Source: an uncultured bacterium (lineage in GTDB: Bacteria; Oederibacteriota; PGYV01; CAWJRG01). From it: a stretch of 64,000 nt of DNA. Every line of letters begins with the position of its first letter. Position 1 is the stretch's first letter. Of this stretch, positions 1-9,809 are shown one piece after another. Under the pieces are notes generated by a model. That model was not told the DNA's origin. It was given only the letters and a program-made list of their open reading frames with translations, and ran no database searches. The stretch is from the NCBI GenBank assembly GCA_963845185.1, contig CAWJRG010000010.1:832001-896000 (forward strand). The letters are read 5' to 3'. Made by a program: the position numbers and the translations under genes.

Positions 1-1203
1 GGGGAGTTAAAACAGGACAAAGCCCCGGGCATTGACGGAGTAAGGATAGAGGAATATGAAGTCAACAAAGAGGCAAATATCAAGGATTTAATCAATAGGA
101 TGAAGGCGTGGAGATACATACCGCAACCAACAAGGCGCGTCTACATCCCCAAGACAAACGGAGACAAGAGGCCGCTGGGAATACCTGCCGTCGAGGATAA
201 GATAATCCAGATGGGGGTAAAGAAAATTCTTGAGTCAATCTTTGAGGTAGACTTCAGCGAAGTATCTTACGGGTTCAGGCCTGACAGAAATTGTCATCAG
301 GCATTGAAAATTCTGGATAAGGAAGTAATGACAAAGCCAGTCAACGCAGTAGTGGATATGGACATTGAGAAGTTTTTCGATACCATAAACCACAAATGGC
401 TAATGAAATGCCTTACGCAAAGGATTGCCGATACAAACCTGATAAGGTTAATCGGCAGGATATTAAATGCAGGGATTATGGAAGAAGGTAAGTTTATCGA
501 AACGGATAAAGGGACGCCGCAGGGCGGAATACTAAGCCCATTACTGGCGAACATCTACCTACACTACATATTAGACCTGTGGTTCGAAAGGCATGTCAAG
601 AGACAGCTCAAAGGATACGCCAGTCTGATACGTTATGCCGATGACTTTGTTGTGCTGTTCCAATATGACAGCGAAGCAAAGGAGTTTGGCGAAATGTTAA
701 GACAGAGGCTTGATAAGTTTGGCCTCAAAATCGCCAAAGATAAATCGAGAATAATCGTATTCGGGCGCCACGCCTGGTATAAGTCCAAAGATACAGGCGG
801 GAAAATTCCGACCTTTGATTTCCTCGGGTTTACTCATTACTGCGACAAAACCAGAAAGGGCGGCTTCAAATTAGGCCGAAGGACGGCAAGTACAAAATTC
901 AAACAGAAGATGAAGGCGACGAACTTCTGGCTAAAGAGCGTAAGAAATCTTGTGGAATTAAAACAGTGGTGGCAGGCATTAGGAAGAAAGTTAACGGGCC
1001 ACTACAATTATTACGGGATAAGCGGTAATATGCCCCAAATAACAAAATTCTACTGGAGAAATCGTGCGCTCGCCTATAAATGGATAAACAGGCGAAGCCA
1101 GAAAAGAAGTTACAACTGGGAACAGTTTTGCCGCTTTCTAAGATACAACCCATTGCCGGAACCCAGGATATATCATTTAACCTATTCGCTGTCATCGTAT
1201 TAG
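1..1203 (+). CDS. ltrA: Group II intron reverse transcriptase/maturase, 5'-truncated by the window edge, no endonuclease domain
   Basis: Frame is open from base 1 (GELKQDKAPGIDG, RT0). Motifs RPLGIP, SYGFRP, GTPQGGILSPLLANIYL, RYADD and FDFLGFTH are present; domain X ends PLPEPRIYH. Confidence 0.97.
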   Translation, partial: GELKQDKAPGIDGVRIEEYEVNKEANIKDLINRMKAWRYIPQPTRRVYIPKTNGDKRPLGIPAVEDKIIQMGVKKILESIFEVDFSEVSYGFRPDRNCHQALKILDKEVMTKPVNAVVDMDIEKFFDTINHKWLMKCLTQRIADTNLIRLIGRILNAGIMEEGKFIETDKGTPQGGILSPLLANIYLHYILDLWFERHVKRQLKGYASLIRYADDFVVLFQYDSEAKEFGEMLRQRLDKFGLKIAKDKSRIIVFGRHAWYKSKDTGGKIPTFDFLGFTHYCDKTRKGGFKLGRRTASTKFKQKMKATNFWLKSVRNLVELKQWWQALGRKLTGHYNYYGISGNMPQITKFYWRNRALAYKWINRRSQKRSYNWEQFCRFLRYNPLPEPRIYHLTYSLSSY

Positions 1204-1217
1204 GAAGTATTCCCGTG

Positions 1218-1300
1218 GAGCCGAATGACCGAAACGGTCACGTTCGGTTCTGAGAGGGGCATTAAGTAACCAAAGGAGGTTATAAAAGATGTCTACTCAC
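1218..1300 (+). ncRNA. Group II intron ribozyme domains V and VI
   Basis: DV at 1218-1250 (GAGCCGAA/TTCGGTTC, AGC triad, CG bulge). In DVI, GAG 1254-56 pairs with CTC 1296-98 and GGGCAT 1257-62 pairs with ATGTCT 1289-94, leaving A1295 bulged. Confidence 0.88.
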
Positions 1301-1963
1301 AAAAAATATTTTTTTGCATTATTTTTGATTACGGGTCTATTTAGTAATGTATTTACAACGCAATGCCCCGGTTATAAAAATATTTGTTGGGGTTCTTCAG
1401 AAAAAGTAGTTAGAACTGCTTTAAATGCTAAATTTAGAGAACCATTAAACAGTTCTAGTGTTTATGATGGGGGGTGCCTATTTTTAAGTTATGAAGATTT
1501 TGATGGTGTTATTTTCAAAATGCTTGATATAGATACGAGCGAACCTTATTCATTCGATCCATATGTAGTAAATACACTTGACATATACGTACCAAATAGT
1601 TCATTTAAAAGATATAATGTAAAAGAAAACGATTTGGTTGTTTTCTTTAAGGGTAGATTTTTTTGTTATGAAACTTATGTGGGTGAATATGAAACTGTTG
1701 AAGAAGCCTTAATAAAAAAATACGGGCAAGAGATTAAGCCTTGGAAGGATTTTGAGGAAAAAAAGTATTATAATGTATCTGTAAGAATAATTGATGGAAC
1801 AAGAATTCTTAATATTAATGGAATTGTTTTTTATTTTGATGATAAGGTACTCAATGAAATTAAACAGATTGTTGATAAAAAATTGATGAAACAAAAGAAA
1901 CAACAAAATGAAAAAGACAAACAAAATAATTTAGAGGAAAAAAATAAATTAGATAATTTATAA
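1289..1963 (+). CDS. Hypothetical exported protein, AT-rich
   Basis: 224-aa ORF with SD AAAGGAGG at 1272-79 and a signal-peptide-like N-terminus (KKYFFALFLITGLF). Confidence 0.75.
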   Translation: MSTHKKYFFALFLITGLFSNVFTTQCPGYKNICWGSSEKVVRTALNAKFREPLNSSSVYDGGCLFLSYEDFDGVIFKMLDIDTSEPYSFDPYVVNTLDIYVPNSSFKRYNVKENDLVVFFKGRFFCYETYVGEYETVEEALIKKYGQEIKPWKDFEEKKYYNVSVRIIDGTRILNINGIVFYFDDKVLNEIKQIVDKKLMKQKKQQNEKDKQNNLEEKNKLDNL

Positions 1964-1964
1964 A

Positions 1965-2660
1965 ATGGAGTTAAAAGTAGTGAATATAATTGAAATTATT
2001 AAAGATACAGACAGGGATATTATAGAATGTTATCGGAACTCTAAGTCGGGAAGCTATGCGGCATCCAAAAAATACCTAATTTTTCCACCTTATCGTAACA
2101 ACAAAATACGCGTTTCGGAACAGGAGGCACGATTTTTATTTGTAAATAACTTAGAAAAAAATCAGGTCTATTACTCTGTGGAAAATCCCACGGAAAACGC
2201 GCATAATTTTAGTTCTAAAATCGGAAATAGCCGCAGTGCTGAAAGTGATGTAATGATTTGGGAAATAAAGAAAGGAAAACCAAGTAAACAATTAAATGTT
2301 GAATTTAAGGCAAAAGGCGTATCAGATAAAAGAAAAGACACGAAGTTTATTTTAAAAGACTTTAAAAAAATTCTATCCGAACCATGTGGCGGATTATGGT
2401 TTCATCTCCTTGAATCTGTAGATAGTAAAACAATTACTAAACTTTTTAACGTATTCCAAACGACATTAGAAAAGATAGGGGAAAAGCAATACAAAAAGAA
2501 AATTATTTTTAATATTTGTATTTTAAAGCAAGGGATATCTTTAATTAAGGAATTGGATTTAAGTATTGATTTAAGTATTGAGGATTTTTTTAATTTTGAT
2601 TATTCAATTAAAAAAGATAAAGTAAAAATTAGTAATTCGAACGAGTGGATTAGCATTTAA
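1965..2660 (+). CDS. Hypothetical protein, possible PD-(D/E)XK nuclease fold
   Basis: Coupled to the upstream ORF. SEQE...SVE.PT...RSAESD...VEFK gives an E..D..ExK arrangement. Confidence 0.55.
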   Translation: MELKVVNIIEIIKDTDRDIIECYRNSKSGSYAASKKYLIFPPYRNNKIRVSEQEARFLFVNNLEKNQVYYSVENPTENAHNFSSKIGNSRSAESDVMIWEIKKGKPSKQLNVEFKAKGVSDKRKDTKFILKDFKKILSEPCGGLWFHLLESVDSKTITKLFNVFQTTLEKIGEKQYKKKIIFNICILKQGISLIKELDLSIDLSIEDFFNFDYSIKKDKVKISNSNEWISI

Positions 2661-2681
2661 TTTTTTTATCAAGTAAACTGC

Positions 2682-2758
2682 TTTTAATCCCACTCCACGA
2701 AAATGTCCGCGTTTGTAGAAGCGGAATTTGATAGTCGCTTCGTGGACGTCGCAAATTA
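2682..2758. repeat. Palindromic repeat family B, copy 1 (divergent)
   Basis: Starts TTTTAATCCCACTCCACGAAAAT as at 20891 and 45602; stems TCCACGAA/TTCGTGGA and TCCGC/GCGGA. Confidence 0.7.
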
Positions 2759-2875
2759 TCCCTTTCACTTAGTTGTTTCAGGGACGTCGTAAACTTTATG
2801 ATAGTACTCCTGTTATAGTGCTCCAGCCCCGGCTCGCGCTAAAATTGCGTAAAATTTGTCAGCAATAGTAGAGAA

Positions 2876-2904
2876 TTGACAATGCCGTAAATAGGGGATA
2901 TACT
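2876..2904 (+). promoter_or_regulatory. Sigma70-type promoter for the GH43 gene
   Basis: TTGACA-17-TATACT. Confidence 0.65.
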
Positions 2905-2927
2905 TTTATTTGTTACGGAGGTAAGTT

Positions 2928-5087
2928 ATGCAAAAACTATTGTACCCTGAGGTGATATGCGCTGCGAGGCTCTTCGGTTTGTTGATGATTTTCCTTTTAG
3001 TGTTTTCCCTGATAGACGTTGCGATCGCGGCCGAAAATGAAAACAAAACCGGTATGCAGACCTATCATAACCCGATTCTTTCCGGTTTTCACCCTGACCC
3101 AAGCATCTGCCGGGCAGGCGACGATTTTTACCTGACCAATTCCACCTTTGAGATGTTTCCCGGCCTTCCCATCTATCACAGCCGGGACCTGGTTCATTGG
3201 GAACAAATAGGCAATGCCCTCACGCGGCCCAGCCAGCTTCCCTTGAAGGGCGCTACTGATTTCGGAGGGCTCTACGCGCCCACGTTACGCTATTGGAATG
3301 GCCTTTTTTACCTTACCTGCGACAACATGACCCACGGCGGAAATTTCATAGTCACGGCCAAGGACCCTGCCGGGCCATGGTCCGAGTCAATGTGGATGGA
3401 TGATTTCCACATGGATGGTTCGATGTTCTTCGACGACGACAATAAAGCTTATTACACCGCGCATTTCGGCGATGCGAAAGGCGGGATCGGCCAGGCTGAG
3501 TTCGACCCAATCACGGGAAAGCTGACCACACCCATGAAGGTGATTTATAACGACCTCAATGAAGACTGGAACGAGGGGCCCCATCTTTACAAGATTAATG
3601 GCCTCTACTACCTGATGCTGGCCGAGGGCGGTACCGGGACCGGCCACACGGAATTCATCGCGCGGTCCAAGTCAGCCTGGGGGCCTTTCGAGCCTTGCCC
3701 TTACAACCCCATACTCACGGAGCGGGACGACCTCAAAAGCCCTATCCAGTGCACGGGCCACGGCGACCTGGTTGAAGCGCCTGACGGAACATGGTGGATG
3801 GTGTTCCTTGGAACCAGGCCCCAGAACGGAACTTCGGTGCTGGGCCGTGAGACGTTCCTGGCGCCGGTACAATGGACAAAGGATGGATGGCCGGTAGTGA
3901 ACGGTAACCATCATGTGGCAGTGGAAATGCAGGCGCCAAATCTCAAGCCTTTTTCAGTACAAGAAACTCCGGTGAAGTGGCTCTTCAACGTCTCGAAGCT
4001 GGGCCCTGAGTGGATACACGTACGCAATATTGACCCTTTATATTTTTCGCTCTCTGAACACAAGGGTTATTTAAGGATCAAGGCAGTCAAGGACAGCCTG
4101 GATAACAAGGAGGACACACCGGCTTTTGTTGGACAGCGGCAGCCTTCCTTCCGATTTTTGGCACGCACTGCCATGGTGTTCAAGCCCGGGCAGGATGGGG
4201 AAGAAGCCGGACTTTGCGTAAGGGCAAATGACTTTAACTATTATGAAATTGGCCTCGCTAAATCCGGCGGCAAGCTGCAGATTTTCGTTAAGAACCGTGT
4301 GAAAGCCAAAAATTACAAGGTCGCAAGCCAGCTTTTTACAGGCAGCAAGGTCCTGCTGCAGATTACAGGCGACGAAAGCCAGTACCAGTTTGCCTGGTCC
4401 AAGGACGGAAAAACATGGAACACCATCGCAGCCTCGGCTGCGGATGACCTTTCGCGTGAAAAAGCAGGCGGCTTTACAGGCACAGCAATCGGTCTTTACG
4501 CCAGTGCCAACGGCAAGGATTCAGGCTCTTTCGCTGATTTCTCATGGTTCGAGATGATCCCGGACGCCGTGACCTCTCCCCAGGCTTTGTCGCCACGGCC
4601 AACACCGACGGCCTTGCCGGCCTCGGATACCTGGCGTATCCGGACCGGGGGCAAGGCCATGACTGACAAATCTGGAACGGCCTGGGCCGCAGATATTGGA
4701 TATGACGGAGGCGAGACTGCAATAACCGGAGAACCTATCCAGGGGGCTGTTGACCCGGCTCTTTACCAGACCGAACGATGGGGAAATGATTTCACCTATG
4801 CTTTCCAGGTTTTACCCGGGGAATACCGTGTCACCCTCAAGTTCACCGAAGTGTATCTGACAAAGCCCGGGGACCGGGTTTTTGACGTCTTTATCAACGG
4901 CCAGAAGGTGCTTGCTAACTTTGACATCATCAAGGAAGCCGGGGTTTTCGGCAAGGCAGTAGACCGGAGCTTTGATGGGATTGAACCCGATGACGGGCAA
5001 ATCCGCATTCGTTTCGTTTCCTCGGTCCAAAACGCGAAGGTCTGCGCCATCGAGGTTATCAGGACAGACAATAAGTCAAAAAAATAG
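2928..5087 (+). CDS. Secreted GH43 beta-xylosidase/arabinofuranosidase with C-terminal malectin domain
   Basis: NPILSGFHPDPSICR, EGPHLYK, GHGDLV and LGRETFL motifs; PT linker; malectin motifs LYQTERWG and RVFDVFING. Confidence 0.92.
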   Translation: MQKLLYPEVICAARLFGLLMIFLLVFSLIDVAIAAENENKTGMQTYHNPILSGFHPDPSICRAGDDFYLTNSTFEMFPGLPIYHSRDLVHWEQIGNALTRPSQLPLKGATDFGGLYAPTLRYWNGLFYLTCDNMTHGGNFIVTAKDPAGPWSESMWMDDFHMDGSMFFDDDNKAYYTAHFGDAKGGIGQAEFDPITGKLTTPMKVIYNDLNEDWNEGPHLYKINGLYYLMLAEGGTGTGHTEFIARSKSAWGPFEPCPYNPILTERDDLKSPIQCTGHGDLVEAPDGTWWMVFLGTRPQNGTSVLGRETFLAPVQWTKDGWPVVNGNHHVAVEMQAPNLKPFSVQETPVKWLFNVSKLGPEWIHVRNIDPLYFSLSEHKGYLRIKAVKDSLDNKEDTPAFVGQRQPSFRFLARTAMVFKPGQDGEEAGLCVRANDFNYYEIGLAKSGGKLQIFVKNRVKAKNYKVASQLFTGSKVLLQITGDESQYQFAWSKDGKTWNTIAASAADDLSREKAGGFTGTAIGLYASANGKDSGSFADFSWFEMIPDAVTSPQALSPRPTPTALPASDTWRIRTGGKAMTDKSGTAWAADIGYDGGETAITGEPIQGAVDPALYQTERWGNDFTYAFQVLPGEYRVTLKFTEVYLTKPGDRVFDVFINGQKVLANFDIIKEAGVFGKAVDRSFDGIEPDDGQIRIRFVSSVQNAKVCAIEVIRTDNKSKK

Positions 5088-5151
5088 GGGAACGAGGCGA
5101 TTTCAGTAATGGGCCACCAGTAATCCATTCGAAAATAACTTATAAAGCCTC

Positions 5152-5198
5152 TTGACAAATTAATATTATATTGTTATGCTTATGGTAAATAAATTTAC
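5152..5198 (+). promoter_or_regulatory. AbiE operon promoter with putative operator palindrome
   Basis: TTGACA-17-TATGCT with extended TG; GTAAAT-AA-ATTTAC at 5185-5198. Confidence 0.6.
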
Positions 5199-5223
5199 GC
5201 AAATTCCAGATAAAGGAAAAATC

Positions 5224-6024
5224 GTGAATAATCTTACCAAAGCAGGATATATAACAGAGCGGGAAAGGGAAGTGATAGGCAGGCTTTCATATGAAAAGGC
5301 CGATGTCATTTCACGGCAGAAATTTGACGAATATTTTGCTAAATACCCCAAAAACGTGAGGTCCAAGCTTGTTTACAAGCTTGTAAAAAAAGGCATTTTA
5401 TCCCCTATAAAAAAAGGATTGTATATATATTCGCCTATAGAATCCGGCCCAAACGGCAGAAATATAAATGAGTATCTTATCCCAGGATTTTTGATACCTG
5501 ACGGGAATTATTATATAGGCTATAACAATATGTTCAATTATTATAAATTTACGGATCAGATAACGCAGGTTGTTTACGTTTTAAATACAAGCATACAGAG
5601 TGAAAGAATTATTGGAGGTATAAGGTATAAGCTTCTAAAAATACCAAAAGACAGAATGTACGGGATTGCGGAGATTGAAATAATGGGGGCAAAGGTAAGG
5701 GTAAGCGACATGGAAAGGACCCTGGTGGATCTTATCTATTATCCTGATCCTGTCGGCGGGTTAAAAGCGGCATACGATATAGTAACGGACAGGTTAAAAA
5801 ACGGAAAAGCAAACCTTAAAAAGTTTATTGATTACTTGTGCCTTTTTCCGTCAGCCTACGTAAAAAAACGCGCGGGATATATACTCGAAAGCGCGGGAAT
5901 AAAAACAGGTAGGCTGATAAAAGCAGTAAATCCGGGTTCGATTATGAAATTATATGACAATGAGATTAGAAAAGGCAGGATTGATAAGAAGTGGGGGATT
6001 ATAGTAAATGATACACGGGGATAA
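5224..6024 (+). CDS. abiEi: Type IV TA antitoxin, AbiEi family
   Basis: wHTH-like LVKKG..IKKGLY and VSDMERTLVD motifs; directly upstream of AbiEii. Start placed at GTG 5224 after SD AAAGGA. Confidence 0.85.
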   Translation: MNNLTKAGYITEREREVIGRLSYEKADVISRQKFDEYFAKYPKNVRSKLVYKLVKKGILSPIKKGLYIYSPIESGPNGRNINEYLIPGFLIPDGNYYIGYNNMFNYYKFTDQITQVVYVLNTSIQSERIIGGIRYKLLKIPKDRMYGIAEIEIMGAKVRVSDMERTLVDLIYYPDPVGGLKAAYDIVTDRLKNGKANLKKFIDYLCLFPSAYVKKRAGYILESAGIKTGRLIKAVNPGSIMKLYDNEIRKGRIDKKWGIIVNDTRG

Positions 6025-6890
6025 AACAGAGTTCAGGCAAATTCTCGAAAGGTCTTCGGCGGCAACAGGATTTCCATTGCACCTTATGGAGAAAGACTAT
6101 TACCTCACGATACTTTTGGGCGGGGTAAATAGGGAACTTGATGGAAAGCTTGTTTTCAAAGGGGGCACATGCCTGAATAAGATATATTTTGAGTATTTCA
6201 GGCTTAGCGAAGACCTGGATTTTACCATGCTCCTGCCGGAAAGAAAAAACCGGCAGGGCAACAAGAAGCAAAATTATGGACGGGGTGAAAAGAAATATTA
6301 AAAGATACGCTGAAAGTTTTGGCTTAAGGCTTGATGAGACAGAAAAGGCGGGCAGGAACGAAAACAAACAGTACATTTATTTTATTGAATATGATTCGAT
6401 TATAACCGAAACAAAGGACAGCATAAAATTTGAGATTGGGTTAAGGGCAAATCCGTATCTACCTCCAAATAAAATGAAAATAAAGCATCTTTTCAAAAAT
6501 CCTTACACGGGAGAGTATTTGTTTGAACCCGGCGAAATTCAGTGCCTGTCCCTTGCTGAAATAGCCGCAGAAAAGGTCAGGGCCGCGACAACGAGAAAGG
6601 TAATAGCTCCCAGGGATTTTTTTGACCTGCATTATTTTATAAAAAATGGTTTTGATTTTAATGCGGAAGAGTTTTTAAGGCTTGTTGAAAAAAAACTTGC
6701 TGAAGACGGTTTTGATCTAAAGGGAAGGGAAAGTTACAGAAACCTTTCGCGTTCTGAAACTGAAATCAAGGCAATGAAATCAAGGCTTGAAAAAGAACTT
6801 TATCCGGTGCTAACGGCTGAAGCAGCAAAAGAATTTGATATTGAGGCTGTTTTGAAATATTTCAATGAACTGTACAGTAAGCATGCTTAA
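6008..6890 (+). pseudogene. abiEii: AbiEii nucleotidyltransferase toxin, split by one extra base near 6240 (pseudogene or sequence error)
   Basis: EKDY, FKGGTCL and RLSEDLDF in one frame; EIAAEK and PRDFFD in the next; junction lies in GGAAAGAAAAAA. Confidence 0.85.
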
Positions 6891-6963
6891 AACGGCGCAG
6901 GTAACTGCTTAAACAATAAATGTCATCATATTAGAAGACTCTATACATGCATTGAGGAGAAAA

Positions 6964-7714
6964 ATGGGCGCGCACAGGTTTTTTGTAAATAAGATATCAG
7001 AAGGCAGGGCTGAAATCCTCGGCGAGGATTACAACCATATAATCAATGTACTGCGCCTGAAAAAAGGGGATGCAATCAATGTTTTTAACTATGAAGCAGG
7101 CGAATATTCATCCATAATAGAATCAATTGATTCAAAGAACAGGATGATAAATGTTGCTATTGAAAACCAGGTCAAGGCAAGGGAGAAAAAAAACGTAAAG
7201 ATAGGCGCGATAATTTCAATTATAAAAAGGGAAAACATGGAATTTATCATTGAAAAACTTACTGAACTAGGAATTAATATTATAATACCTCTGATAACAA
7301 AGCGAACAGTTGTGAAAATTAAAGAAGAGGAAAAAAAGCAGAAAAGGTGGGAGTCAATAATCTATTCCGCTGTCAAGCAATGCGGCAGGATATCAAAGCC
7401 CAGAGCTTGCGGCTACCGTGGAAGGCGTGGAAAATATCAGTCTCAATGAAAAAGCAGTAAAATTTTTTGTGTGGGAAAAAGAGGAAAAGAATTTTCTAAT
7501 AGATGAGGCTGTAAAAATAAAACAGGACATAAATGAGGTTTATTTTTTGACTGGGCCAGAGGGCGGATTTGACGATTCAGAGGCAAAGATTATCATGGAC
7601 AAAGGCTTTGTGCCTGTGAGCATAGGCGACACTATTTTAAGGGCAGAGACCGCTGCCATAGTTTCAGCCGGGGTATTAATACAGGCATTAAGGAGAAGCG
7701 CATGGAAGACATAA
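6964..7714 (+). CDS. rsmE: 16S rRNA m3U1498 methyltransferase, apparent frameshift near 7400
   Basis: HIINVLR, EKLTELG and KQCGR in the first frame; GPEGGF and ILRAETA in the second. Removing one C from AAGCCCAGAG restores the frame. Confidence 0.88.
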
Positions 7715-9027
7715 AAGATACTGTTTTGGGCATATTGAGCAGGAAAAAATTAAAGGGCGACGTTTATATAGAGGAAAACAGGCAAAGTGAAATAGCCATT
7801 GAGGACGGAAAAATAGAAAAGACAGTCGAAGCCGACTCTTTCGGCGCCGGAGTCAGGCTGGTTAAAGACAAAAAAATGAGTTTCGGGTTTTTTACCACAA
7901 AAGAAAAAAACGAGATAGAAAATTTAATAGAGAGGCTTGAAAAGCAGGCGCTTATAGAAGGCTATGAAAACTATTCGCTGGCAGGTTATAACCGCTATAA
8001 CAATGTGGCGCTGTTTGACGAGAAAATTTTGCATATAAAGCCAGAGGAAAAAGCTGATATGCTTTTTAACATGGAAAAATCCATAAAGGCTTATTCAGGA
8101 CAGATAAAATATGTCCGCGATACCATGTACACGGACAATAATTTAAAAATAAGCTATGTAAACACCGAAGGCGCGGCCGCTTCGTACGAGAAAACAATTT
8201 TTAATGTTTATACGTCGGTTGTGGCATCTGACGGTACGCAGGACGAGGTAGTTGATGGCACGGAAAGCGCGTGCTTTTTAAGGGATATTAAAACAGAAGA
8301 ACTGGCAAAAGATGTGAGCCAGAGGGCAGTGAACCTGCTTGGCGGCAAATCCCTGAAATCAGGCCTTTACAATATCATATTATCCCCTTATGTGACTTCG
8401 CAGCTGCTGTATTTCATATCAAGAATGTTTTTTTCAAGTAATGTGAGAAAAGGCAAGTCTTTGCTGGGTTTCAGCAAGGAAGGCGACAAGATAGCTTCTG
8501 ACAAGGTTTCAATAGCAGACGACGCGCTTCTTCCAAATCATATAGGCGGGTTTCCGGCAGATGCAGAAGGCACGCCGGGTGTGGACAAGACCCTCGTGGA
8601 AAAAGGTATCTTAAAAACTATTTTGTACGACAGGTTCAACGCCCAGCTTATGGGCAAGGCAAGCACAGGTAACTGCGTCAGGGAAAGTTTCAAATCCCTG
8701 CCTGACGTTGGAACAGGCAATTTTTACATAAAGCAGGGAAAGGCAATGAAAGACCTTGTAATGACAAAGGAAAAAGGGATATTCGTAAACTCATTCATGG
8801 GTATGCATACCATAGACACGGTGTCAGGCAATTTTTCGCTCGGAATGGACGGCTGGATTTCGAATGCCGGCGAAGCAGTAAAGCCTGTAAAGGACGTGCT
8901 CATGACAGGCAATATCAAGACCCTGCTTTCAAACGTGGCAGAAGTGTGCGACGACTTGAAATTTTATTATAATTTTGGCTCGCCTACCATTATAATCAAG
9001 GACGTGCAGATAGCAGGGAGAGAGTAA
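7702..9027 (+). CDS. TldD/PmbA family protein (PmbA/TldE-like)
   Basis: DAEGTP, LVEKGIL, STGN, SGNFS and GSP motifs; no HExxGH. Confidence 0.88.
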   Translation: MEDIKDTVLGILSRKKLKGDVYIEENRQSEIAIEDGKIEKTVEADSFGAGVRLVKDKKMSFGFFTTKEKNEIENLIERLEKQALIEGYENYSLAGYNRYNNVALFDEKILHIKPEEKADMLFNMEKSIKAYSGQIKYVRDTMYTDNNLKISYVNTEGAAASYEKTIFNVYTSVVASDGTQDEVVDGTESACFLRDIKTEELAKDVSQRAVNLLGGKSLKSGLYNIILSPYVTSQLLYFISRMFFSSNVRKGKSLLGFSKEGDKIASDKVSIADDALLPNHIGGFPADAEGTPGVDKTLVEKGILKTILYDRFNAQLMGKASTGNCVRESFKSLPDVGTGNFYIKQGKAMKDLVMTKEKGIFVNSFMGMHTIDTVSGNFSLGMDGWISNAGEAVKPVKDVLMTGNIKTLLSNVAEVCDDLKFYYNFGSPTIIIKDVQIAGRE

Positions 9028-9093
9028 GTTAGTATTAACAAATCCATTGACATCCACTGACTACCTTATTGATTACCAACAAAGTTGGTGGTA

Positions 9094-9276
9094 TCCTCTC
9101 CCTCAACGGGAGAGGAAAAAGGTGAGGGTGAAGCAGCAGCAACAACCAAATAAATTAAGCTAAAAGATAGAATGCAAAAAAAAAAATTTTAGGAATCTGA
9201 AGTTAGGCGTGAAGTAATCATGGAGTCAGCCGCTACCCCACCCTCATCCCAACCTTCCCCCGTCGAGGGGGAAGGA
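9094..9276. repeat. Inverted pair of CCTCTCCC-n-GGGAGAGG-type palindromic repeats
   Basis: 9094-9130 resembles the reverse complement of 9239-9276; each unit is itself a hairpin. Confidence 0.75.
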
Positions 9277-9289
9277 GCAGTTTTTTGAT

Positions 9290-9703
9290 TTAGTATTCCT
9301 GCACCTGGCCGAATTTCCTTAGCAACTCTTTTTTCACCATGCCTTTTTCCGGCTCGCTGTAAACCACAATACTGAACATGCCTGCAATGTATACAGGCTG
9401 CCCGCCCGGCGCATTTTTATTCTTTTGCTTTTCTTTTTCAAGGCTGTCAGTGATTTTTTCCATAAAAAGGCCGTTGCCGTAATGGTTTATTTTGATGCTT
9501 ATGCCGCTGCCGGTTGCAAGCACTTCCTCGAGCATCGGGTCTGCCTGGGTGACTTTAATTGTGTCAATCTGCAGGCCGGATGCTTTTAATTCCTGCGCAA
9601 GCTTGTAGGCAGGGCCTGAATATTTTGCCATATATTTTAAGCCATATAACCCGAGTGCAACAATAATAACGAAAATTACGAATATAAACGTTGATTTTTT
9701 CAT
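9290..9703 (-). CDS. Hypothetical membrane-anchored protein
   Basis: SD AAGGAGG; N-terminal hydrophobic helix. Confidence 0.75.
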   Translation of the reverse strand: MKKSTFIFVIFVIIVALGLYGLKYMAKYSGPAYKLAQELKASGLQIDTIKVTQADPMLEEVLATGSGISIKINHYGNGLFMEKITDSLEKEKQKNKNAPGGQPVYIAGMFSIVVYSEPEKGMVKKELLRKFGQVQEY

Positions 9704-9809
9704 GTGACACGCCTCCTTATGATTTATTTATCCATATTTTACCATTGTTACTATTCAATACAAGAAAAATTACTGGATAAAGGAAGCATTATGATATATT
9801 ATTATCATT

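Larger units (their letters stand above)
1..1300 (+). mobile_element. Group II intron, 3' part (DIV ORF, DV, DVI); predicted 3' splice site after about 1300
   Basis: RT ORF is followed by DV and by DVI with a bulged A and a terminal AC. Confidence 0.9.

Noticed and set aside
1..1203. RT as part of a retron, DGR or Abi system
   Set aside because: Maturase domain X and adjacent DV/DVI identify a group II intron; no template/variable repeat pair was seen.
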